Notes under the pieces: model-generated
What the model was told of the DNA's origin: nothing
Database searches by the model: none
Seen by the model: the letters and a program-made list of their open reading frames with translations, nothing else
IMG/VR virus record: IMGVR_UViG_3300029456_000117
Origin: a virus
Lineage: Duplodnaviria; Heunggongvirae; Uroviricota; Caudoviricetes
Reading direction: 5' to 3' (one strand)
Length of the DNA stretch: 15,457 nucleotides
Part shown: piece after piece, positions 1 through 5,755 of the stretch
How the letters are laid out: each line of letters opens with the position of its first letter
Position numbering within the stretch: position 1 is the first letter of the stretch
Translations under genes and position numbers: made by a program

Positions 1-370
1 CTTTTCTTGCACCATATATACAATTACTGATTTCTTTTCCTATGAACGGATAGCCATATTTCTCAATTACTTTCCGAAATGTCAGTTTTGGTTTTATCCA
101 ATCCACATTTTCAAAAGTCTTAACAAACTCTCTTATCTCTGGATATTCAAGGCCTGTATCTATGAACATTGCCTTAATGTTGGGGTACAGTTTTCTCGCA
201 ATATCAAGAAGAACTGTACTGTCTTTTCCACCAGAGAAAGAGATATACACACCATCCTCTCCGTACTCATCTACCCACTCCCTGATTCTCCGCTGTGTCA
301 TGCTGATTTTTGCATTAAGCGGCAAGGACTGCATCTGGTAGAGGTCGGATATAACGTGTTTGTTACTCAC
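1..370 (-). CDS. PAPS-reductase-family (PP-loop) phage protein, 5' part (runs off window)
   Basis: Not in ORF track; hand-translated from GTG 370 with RBS AAAGGAG: MSNKHVISDLYQMQSLPLNAKISMTQRRIREWVDEYGEDGVYISFSGGKDSTVLLDIARKLYPNIKAMFIDTGLEYPEIREFV... Contains the SGGKDS PP-loop and DTGLE motif. Confidence 0.88.
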   Translation of the reverse strand, partial: MSNKHVISDLYQMQSLPLNAKISMTQRRIREWVDEYGEDGVYISFSGGKDSTVLLDIARKLYPNIKAMFIDTGLEYPEIREFVKTFENVDWIKPKLTFRKVIEKYGYPFIGKEISNCIYGARK

Positions 371-393
371 TTCTCTGTTTCTCCTTTCTGGTG

Positions 394-630
394 TTACATA
401 TAAGTTGCTTCTTTGAATACGAATGTGTCCTCAGAGTCTACCTTTTCCGATAACTCTCTCAGGCGCAGATCATTGGAGCTGTAAATCTTTTTCTTTTTCA
501 TATCAGCCACAAAAAACTCCTGCCCTGCCTGAATATACTCTCCCACTTTGCTCTTCCGGCAAATCTCATAGGAAGCATACTCAGTCTCTTTATCCTCTGC
601 CTGTTTTCCCTTTACGGTTTTTCCTAACAT
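394..630 (-). CDS. Hypothetical phage protein
   Basis: ORF 394..687, but RBS AAGGAG (641-646) supports ATG at 630 (MLGKTVKGK...). Confidence 0.7.
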   Translation of the reverse strand: MLGKTVKGKQAEDKETEYASYEICRKSKVGEYIQAGQEFFVADMKKKKIYSSNDLRLRELSEKVDSEDTFVFKEATYM

Positions 631-659
631 ACCGATTTTTCTCCTTTCTTTCATAATTT

Positions 660-677
660 TGTTTGTCTGACTAAACA
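660..677. promoter_or_regulatory. Remote copy of the 18-bp repressor operator
   Basis: TGTTTGTCTGACTAAACA, 14/18 to palindrome TGTTTAGTCGACTAAACA, with a perfect right half-site; intergenic. Confidence 0.6.
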
Positions 678-693
678 TTCTCTTCAAAAAAAT

Positions 694-915
694 TTAATGC
701 AATCCGTCAGACCATCTATACAGAATAACGGCGGTATCTTCGTTAGGATAAGAAACTCCCAAGAATTTGCCATTAACTGTTTCGCAAGCCTCTGTTACTC
801 TGTCCACGAATTTATTGAAGTCCTCTTTCACTGTCACATAATCGTGAAATCCCATTGTTCCCTCGTCTCTTTCGTGGTTTTCTCTCATTACCACCATCTG
901 TTTTAATTTCTGCAT
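694..915 (-). CDS. Hypothetical phage protein
   Basis: 73 aa ORF, GGAGG RBS immediately after the MTase C-terminal ORF stop. Confidence 0.7.
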   Translation of the reverse strand: MQKLKQMVVMRENHERDEGTMGFHDYVTVKEDFNKFVDRVTEACETVNGKFLGVSYPNEDTAVILYRWSDGLH

Positions 916-923
916 ATTGCCTC

Positions 924-1259
924 CTATTTCTTTACCTTGCAGTCTCTATATACATCCTCTTTTCCGATGAATAACTGCCCTAAGATTGCAACCAGAACAT
1001 TTACCACGATACTGTTTCCGGCCTGCTTATAAAGCTGTGTGTTACTATTTACTTTCTCCGCCTTATGGAAATCTGCATCTGAGAAATCCATCAGCCGCCA
1101 GCACTCTTTTGGAGTGAGCTTTCTTATGCGGTACTCTGTGCAAACCTTTGAGTTCGCATCTCCATGCGTTCCGGCGGTCAACGTTGGAGAATTGCCATTA
1201 TCAGAATAAACAGATCCGCATTGACTTCCCTCGTTGGAAATCTGCCCTACTTTTGCCAT
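924..1259 (-). CDS. C5 DNA methyltransferase C-terminal subunit: TRD-like module T10 + motifs IX and X
   Basis: RBS AAGGAG + ATG 1259. GSVYSDNGNSPTLTAG (TRD-like), RIRKLTPKECWRLMDF (motif IX), LYKQAGNSIVVNV (motif X). Confidence 0.88.
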   Translation of the reverse strand: MAKVGQISNEGSQCGSVYSDNGNSPTLTAGTHGDANSKVCTEYRIRKLTPKECWRLMDFSDADFHKAEKVNSNTQLYKQAGNSIVVNVLVAILGQLFIGKEDVYRDCKVKK

Positions 1260-1287
1260 TTCTGTACTCCTTTCCGCGATATTGTCA

Positions 1288-1512
1288 CTATGCTGCATAC
1301 CGTCCTGCCCCCCCCCCCCGAACAATTTTCTCAATACGGCAAATCCCCATGCTTTGGGACGTAAGTGTAGGGCATACATGACCGCCGCCTTGCACTCTTC
1401 CTCGCCGTAATTTACTTGTCGGGTATGAGAAATCTGCAACTCCGCCAATCTCACATTCGATATAACCTTTCTGTGTTGCCTGCCGGATGCCTACATACTC
1501 TCTATCCATCAT
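1288..1512 (-). CDS. Stand-alone MTase TRD-like module T9
   Basis: IRQATQKGYIECEIGGVADFSYPTSKLRRGRVQGGGHVCPTLTS, a motif typical of phage MTase variable regions. Ends just after the G12 tract. Confidence 0.7.
   Translation of the reverse strand: MMDREYVGIRQATQKGYIECEIGGVADFSYPTSKLRRGRVQGGGHVCPTLTSQSMGICRIEKIVRGGGAGRYAA
1308..1319 (-). repeat. G12 homopolymer (tract 5)
   Basis: C12 on +. G11 or G14 would fuse T9 in frame to the motif IX-X ORF. Confidence 0.9.
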
Positions 1513-1705
1513 CCACCGTCCTTATCTCTAAAACCAGATTGTCTTTTTGAACAGTTGTGAGGGTGTTGGATATGCCATCAGTTCTTGCTTCAAGTTGAGT
1601 CATATTGCCTCTTTTTTCTGAAATCTGGTGGCTTTCGTATAATTTTCTTATCCTTTTGCCGTATTCAGTTCTGACGCAACGGCATATCGCAAAGTCAATC
1701 CTCAT
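1502..1705 (-). CDS. Stand-alone MTase TRD-like module T8
   Basis: GGAG RBS + ATG overlapping the T7 end; ...LEARTDGISNTLTTVQKDNLVLEI. Confidence 0.7.
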   Translation of the reverse strand: MRIDFAICRCVRTEYGKRIRKLYESHQISEKRGNMTQLEARTDGISNTLTTVQKDNLVLEIRTVDDG

Positions 1706-1871
1706 TTACTCTTATCTCCAAAACATAGTTGTCTTTTTGGACGGAAGTAAGTGTATTGCACAACCCCTCTGAGTTTGGCTCTAACCGTTGTTCCGTTGGT
1801 GCGCCTGTGGTTCTGTCTGATGGATTGCTTGGGTTTCGCCCTCTGCTTGCAACAATGATTCTTTCAACCAC
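1695..1871 (-). CDS. MTase TRD-like module T7
   Basis: GGAGG + GTG 1871; IIVASRGRNP...EQRLEPNSEGLCNTLTSVQKDNYVLEI. In the present G9 state it is also in frame with the T6 N-half (ORF 1695..2030). Confidence 0.65.
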   Translation of the reverse strand: MVERIIVASRGRNPSNPSDRTTGAPTEQRLEPNSEGLCNTLTSVQKDNYVLEIRVNED

Positions 1872-2030
1872 GTTTTCGCCTCCGTCTCTGTTATTATGCA
1901 AGGTACAGTACCCCCCCCCACTCGTAATCGCCGGAGCTATGCCGCCGGTATCATACACTCGCCCTTGGTTTGGGTTCTCTCTCGTGGAAGTGGGGAGAAT
2001 ATTGCCTAACCTCTTAATCCCGGTCTGCAA
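1872..2030 (-). CDS. MTase TRD-like module T6 (currently read through into T7)
   Basis: TTG 2030; LGNI...NPNQGRVYDTGGIAPAITSGGG. The likely cognate ending TVPCII needs G8 or G11. Confidence 0.6.
1911..1919 (-). repeat. G9 homopolymer (tract 4)
   Basis: C9 on +, lies in the Gly loop of T6. Confidence 0.9.
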
Positions 2031-2054
2031 TATCTTCTTTCCTTTCCTTGATTT

Positions 2055-2207
2055 CTAATATCTTTGGTTCCAAATTGCCCCCCCCCCACAAGTGTTTAAG
2101 GTCGGGGCAATTCCGTCTACGGAATAAATTCTTCCGCTCTGAGGATTATCCCAGCTCTTTCCTACGGCGATATTCCCCAGTTGTATGCAGCGTACCTTAT
2201 TTGCCAT
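2055..2207 (-). CDS. MTase TRD-like module T5 (currently truncated by frameshift)
   Basis: Not in ORF track. GAGG + ATG 2207: MANKVRCIQLGNIAVGKSWDNPQSGRIYSVDGIAPTLNTCGGGAIWNQRY*. With G8 or G11 it ends ...CGGGNLEPKILEIKERKEDIADRD* (stop 2016-2014). Confidence 0.7.
   Translation of the reverse strand: MANKVRCIQLGNIAVGKSWDNPQSGRIYSVDGIAPTLNTCGGGAIWNQRY
2078..2087 (-). repeat. G10 homopolymer (tract 3)
   Basis: C10 on +, lies in the Gly loop of T5. Confidence 0.9.
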
Positions 2208-2208
2208 T

Positions 2209-2445
2209 TCATAGTTCCTCAATTACATATTTCAAATGTTTGTAGTCGCTCGCCAATAGGGTAGGGCATATCATTTTGTACAATGCTTTATTGTATGGGT
2301 CGTAGATTCCACAAGCACTTTCGGAGGATCTTTGTAGTCTGTTGCCCTTATCGCTTGGCAAATACCCCCCCGATAAAACTCGGACCCTGTCCTGGACTTC
2401 TTTTTCCGGGTTCAGTGAGCCGACTACGATTATTCTGTCTGCCAT
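2209..2445 (-). CDS. MTase TRD-like modules T3/T4 (frame-switch fusion)
   Basis: GGAGG + ATG 2445. With G7 it reads into T4 (IYDPYNKALYKMICPTLLASDYKHLKYV). With G6 or G9 it reads GICQAIRATDYKDPPKVLVE...* (stop 2273-2271). Confidence 0.68.
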   Translation of the reverse strand: MADRIIVVGSLNPEKEVQDRVRVLSGGYLPSDKGNRLQRSSESACGIYDPYNKALYKMICPTLLASDYKHLKYVIEEL

Positions 2446-2584
2446 TTACTTTTTCCTCCACTAAAACTTTCGGTGGATCTTTATAATCCGTTGCCGACAA
2501 TGCCACTGATATGCCATCCGGGGACATTATACGTCCTCTTTCTCCGCCTGTTCCCGTATGAGCCACAATCAATGGCCGGCTCAT
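2348..2584 (-). CDS. MTase TRD-like module T2
   Basis: ERGRIMSPDGISVALSATDYKDPPKVLVE; paralogous to T3 (32/39 nt identity, 2457-2495 vs 2308-2346). Confidence 0.65.
   Translation of the reverse strand: MSRPLIVAHTGTGGERGRIMSPDGISVALSATDYKDPPKVLVEEKVNGRQNNRSRLTEPGKRSPGQGPSFIGGVFAKR
2365..2371 (-). repeat. G7 homopolymer (tract 2)
   Basis: C7 on +, crossed by both the T2 and T3 reading frames. Confidence 0.85.
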
Positions 2585-2600
2585 GGTTCATCTGAGCTGT

Positions 2601-3122
2601 CTACTTCTGTAACACCGCATCCCAATGATGCCTGTCTACTGAGCCTCTGCCCCCCCCCCTAACGGTTTTTGAGATGCCATCTAACTGGCCGCTCTCTTGT
2701 AAGTCCTTGATGAGTTTCTGCGCCTTTTCGGAGTTGATATAATACTTTTCGTCTACCTCGTCCTCCAAATAATCTTTCATTGTCTTATCCAGTGGAACCG
2801 GCTGCGGAAATTTGTAATTATAATCTCCCAGAATAGATACCATGAAGCATCGCTCTCTGTTCTGCGCCACGCCGTAGTCCTTTGCATTGAGAATCTGCGT
2901 ATAACACTTATATCCCTTGCTTTCAAGGAAGCTGCACCAGCTATGAAAATCATCTATGTTGTCCGCACTAATAACCTGTGGCACGTTCTCCATGAGAAGT
3001 ATCTGGGGAAGATTTTCTGTCTCATTCAGAAGTCTTTCAACTTCCCACAGTAACCCGGAACGTGTTCCTGATCCTTTTTTCATTCCTCGCATCTTTCCGG
3101 CGAGTGATAAGTCCTGGCAAGG
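2601..3122 (-). CDS. C5 DNA methyltransferase core: motifs IV-VIII + TRD-like module T1
   Basis: Frame open from PCQDLSLAG (3122); first ATG only at 3092. GTRSGLLWEVER, LLMENV (VI), LNAKDYGVAQNRERCF (VII-VIII), GISKTVRGGGRGS (T1). Confidence 0.88.
   Translation of the reverse strand, partial: PCQDLSLAGKMRGMKKGSGTRSGLLWEVERLLNETENLPQILLMENVPQVISADNIDDFHSWCSFLESKGYKCYTQILNAKDYGVAQNRERCFMVSILGDYNYKFPQPVPLDKTMKDYLEDEVDEKYYINSEKAQKLIKDLQESGQLDGISKTVRGGGRGSVDRHHWDAVLQK
2650..2659 (-). repeat. G10 homopolymer (tract 1)
   Basis: C10 on +, lies in the Gly loop of T1. Confidence 0.9.
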
Positions 3123-3124
3123 TC

Positions 3125-3586
3125 TTATGGAAACGAATACGTCATAAGGTAGGTGTATCTGTCAGTATTCGTTATTGCCAGATCACCCCCCCTCATTGAG
3201 CAAATGTTGACAAGGTTGTGCGTGGCTTTTATGTTGTTGTAACATTCTCTGCGCCATGCGTCACTGTATGAATGACTCCTTATCTGCTCTTCCGTGAGAG
3301 GTTTCTTTCCATCCACGGATATTCCCAACTGAGTAAGTGCCTGTATAACATCCTCGGAACTCATTTCTGCGCTGTAATCAGTATCATCGTCCGCCATGTG
3401 AATAGCTTTGTATGATGCCGTGGCGTGCATTTCCCATTCAGACATAAGGTAATGTTCAAACGGTACGCCAAGATTACGGAGTGCCATCGCCTGGGAACCA
3501 ACCCCGGCAAACAATTCTATCAATCGCACCGGGTTGTCAGTCTTAAATGTTGGGTACATTAAATCAAACATTGAAATCTGATCCAC
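3125..3586 (-). CDS. C5 DNA methyltransferase N-terminal part: motifs I-III and start of IV
   Basis: AAGGAG + GTG 3586; RLIELFAGVGSQ (motif I, FxGxG), SEWE (II), HNLVNI (III). Ends LMTYSFP* directly before the catalytic Cys. Confidence 0.88.
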   Translation of the reverse strand: MDQISMFDLMYPTFKTDNPVRLIELFAGVGSQAMALRNLGVPFEHYLMSEWEMHATASYKAIHMADDDTDYSAEMSSEDVIQALTQLGISVDGKKPLTEEQIRSHSYSDAWRRECYNNIKATHNLVNICSMRGGDLAITNTDRYTYLMTYSFP

Positions 3587-4217
3587 TCGTTTTCTCCTTT
3601 CTTTGATTTTTTATCATGCAAAATCTCGCATAATTAAGCTGCCGGAAGTAGTCATTATTCGCATTTTCCCACATTGCCGGTAAGGTACTCAGCCGTGTTT
3701 CATAACACTTATCACACACCTTTTTCCCTTTCATTGTTGGATTTTTGCCACATATATAGCAAATGCCGTAGTCCGGTCTCTCTGAACGTGACAAATCGCA
3801 TCGGTTTTTGTCTCTGTAATTTTTCAGATACGCCCTGCATCTCTGGCATAAACCACCATTCTGTGATTGATGTTTTCCGCATCTGGGGCATAGTCCGTTT
3901 TCGATGCGTGTCTGTTTTAATTGCCTTTTCCTCAGCCGATCTTTCTCTTTCTGTTCATCGGTTTTTCCTTTTTCCGAATAACTATCTTGAAATTGGCCCA
4001 AACACTCATAACATAGCTTTTTGTTAGGTTCTGCTGGATTTTTCCCACAATGAGTGCATATCCCAATCCTTTCATGGTATTTTCGGTTTTGCTTGCGTAA
4101 TTCAGAATTTCTTGCAGCACAGTCAGGACACATGGATCTTTCCGGCGTTGGGTTTTCCTTACCGCACTTCGGACACAATCCTCTTTCCCTCATCTCTTTG
4201 TATGATAATTTTCTCAA
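3564..4217 (-). CDS. Basic protein with four CxxC...CxxC zinc-ribbon repeats
   Basis: CPKCGKENP...CPDC, CTHCGKNP...CYEC, CPRCGKH...CQRC, CYICGKNP...CDKC, separated by Arg/Lys-rich segments. Start uncertain. Confidence 0.75.
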   Translation of the reverse strand: MRKLSYKEMRERGLCPKCGKENPTPERSMCPDCAARNSELRKQNRKYHERIGICTHCGKNPAEPNKKLCYECLGQFQDSYSEKGKTDEQKEKDRLRKRQLKQTRIENGLCPRCGKHQSQNGGLCQRCRAYLKNYRDKNRCDLSRSERPDYGICYICGKNPTMKGKKVCDKCYETRLSTLPAMWENANNDYFRQLNYARFCMIKNQRKEKTSGSDFNV

Positions 4218-4265
4218 TTCATTTCAGAGGTTCCCAGGATTTATGCGCGCTGCCCTTTCCTCCGT

Positions 4266-4925
4266 CTATTTTCTACCGAACTTCTCATACATTTCATCCA
4301 GTCTCTTTCTGGTTTCGTTTGACATACCGGATGGTGGTTCGGTCTTTTCCTCCGGCACTTCAATTTTTTGCATTTCTATCTGTGGGTCTACTGCCTTTTC
4401 CATAAGTGCTGCGTGTTTCTTCCCCATATCGGCTATGAGCATCCTTACATTCTCCGGCAGACGTGCCTCTTCTTTCATCCGCTGCACCGAAGTCCGATAG
4501 TTCCTGATAAAGTGCGACTGTTCAATGGTTGCCACTTGGTCTGAATCCATCAACGCCCACTCTTTGAGGTTTGCCGCCGTTCCAACAGCTCTTTGGCACG
4601 CCTCCGGCAGTTTTGCAAATTCCTCTTCTGAGTTATAACCGGAGTTCCTTAACGCCCTCTGTACCAACGCCCATGCCTGCAGTTCGCTCATGCTTTCTTC
4701 CGCCGGAGCAATTATCTCCGTTGCTTTAGTGCGAATATCTGCGATGGTTGGTGGAAAACGTTCACTCGTCATGTACTTTTGTATCGCCAAATTTGCCTGC
4801 TCATACGGAAGATCTTGTAACAATCCATACCACACATCGAAAGCGTCTTTATCTGGTATGAATGTCGGCTGTGCGTAGACAGCTTTCATAGCTTTTACCA
4901 AAATCTTAAATTCTTCTCTTTCCAT
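4266..4925 (-). CDS. Replicative helicase loader/inhibitor (SPP1 G39P-like N-terminus)
   Basis: MEREEFKILVKAMKAVY...WYGLLQDLPYEQ...FPPTIADI pattern; position directly after the replisome organiser (TAATG overlap). Confidence 0.75.
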   Translation of the reverse strand: MEREEFKILVKAMKAVYAQPTFIPDKDAFDVWYGLLQDLPYEQANLAIQKYMTSERFPPTIADIRTKATEIIAPAEESMSELQAWALVQRALRNSGYNSEEEFAKLPEACQRAVGTAANLKEWALMDSDQVATIEQSHFIRNYRTSVQRMKEEARLPENVRMLIADMGKKHAALMEKAVDPQIEMQKIEVPEEKTEPPSGMSNETRKRLDEMYEKFGRK

Positions 4926-5755
4926 TACCAGCCATCCACATCCTTTACTCTGTTTCCAATGCGATCTCCGCTATTTCTGTATGCAGAAGATGATTGCAAT
5001 TTATCCCAAATAATGCCTTTCCATCCATTCGACATACATTCATCAATAAGATTGCATACGGCAGTATCTCCATAGACAGAGACCTTATTGGCAACCTGTT
5101 TTAACAACGACTTCATGCCCTGTTCCTTATATCCGTCTTTCCGTTCCGTCTTATACTTGAACCATTCGCGAAGTTTATCTGCCATTACATCAGAGATGGT
5201 GTACTCAGGGAGAAGCCTTTCAAAAATTGATTGGGTAGTTTCCCTCTTTCCCCCTTTTTTATTTTCTTTCTCTAACTCTTTCTCTAACTCTTTCTCTATG
5301 TTACCTTTTTGAACATTAACGTTACTCTCTGTTACACGTTCGTTACATTCAGTGTTTTCGGGTGTCTCAGTGGGTTTTGTCTTGTTTTTTTCTCTCTCCC
5401 GATACTCCCTAACCCTCTGTGCGGATGCCGATTCAGACCCAATCATTTTCAGAGATTTTGGTAAAAATAGTGTGCCGTCACTTTCCGTAACCACAAGCTG
5501 TAATTTTGAAAATTGTTGTAACGCTTGTGTAACAATCTGTAACGCAAAACCGGATGCTTCCGCCAACATTTCTGCGTCATACGGAATATCTTCGGAAAAT
5601 CGCAGTTTGCCCTCATGGTCGATTGACTCTGTAATCATCCATATATAGAACATAACCAAAAGATCGCCATTATCCTTTGCTCTAAGTATCTTGATATAGT
5701 GTTTTTCAAAGAAGTTCCGGGGCATTTTGAGCCAAAAATACTTTTTCTCAGCCAT
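4925..5755 (-). CDS. Phage replisome organiser / replication initiator
   Basis: N-terminal KKYFWLKMPRNFF...IPYDAEMLA; A-R-V-R-x-x-R linker; EKEL repeats; C-terminal GWKGI motif. Confidence 0.85.
   Translation of the reverse strand: MAEKKYFWLKMPRNFFEKHYIKILRAKDNGDLLVMFYIWMITESIDHEGKLRFSEDIPYDAEMLAEASGFALQIVTQALQQFSKLQLVVTESDGTLFLPKSLKMIGSESASAQRVREYREREKNKTKPTETPENTECNERVTESNVNVQKGNIEKELEKELEKENKKGGKRETTQSIFERLLPEYTISDVMADKLREWFKYKTERKDGYKEQGMKSLLKQVANKVSVYGDTAVCNLIDECMSNGWKGIIWDKLQSSSAYRNSGDRIGNRVKDVDGW
5267..5543. repeat. Putative phage replication origin repeats inside the initiator gene
   Basis: TTTCTCTAACTC x2 plus a partial copy (5267-5298); GTTAC at 5300, 5321, 5331, 5342; oppositely oriented TGTAAC at 5517, 5528, 5538. 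Confidence 0.6.

Noticed and set aside
1260..1454. N-terminal extension of the 176-aa ORF 924..1454
   Set aside because: Upstream of the G12 tract it is an alternative frame of T9; the RBS supports ATG 1259.
1260..2660. DGR, shufflon or CRISPR explanation for the module array
   Set aside because: No reverse transcriptase or invertase in the window, modules are all on one strand without inverted recombination sites, paralogue mismatches are mostly synonymous-type, and there are no regular repeat-spacer units.
3123..3137. Classical -1 frameshift at the catalytic motif
   Set aside because: No X XXY YYZ slippery heptamer, and it would insert residues (IRP) in the FPC motif.
3186..3192. G7 tract as the switch joining the two MTase core ORFs
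   Set aside because: The downstream frame has stops at 3185-3183 and 3164-3162, so slippage here cannot reach PCQ.
924..3586. Reading the MTase locus as one gene broken only by homopolymer sequencing errors
   Set aside because: Several breaks (3125, 2601-2581, 2209, 1705, 1512) are not at homopolymers and most modules have their own RBS and start. Individual tract lengths could still be miscalled, and decay cannot be fully excluded.
4218..4265. Weak hairpin containing GGAGG upstream of the zinc-ribbon gene
   Set aside because: Short imperfect pairing and the GGAGG is about 40 nt from the start; not distinguishable from chance.
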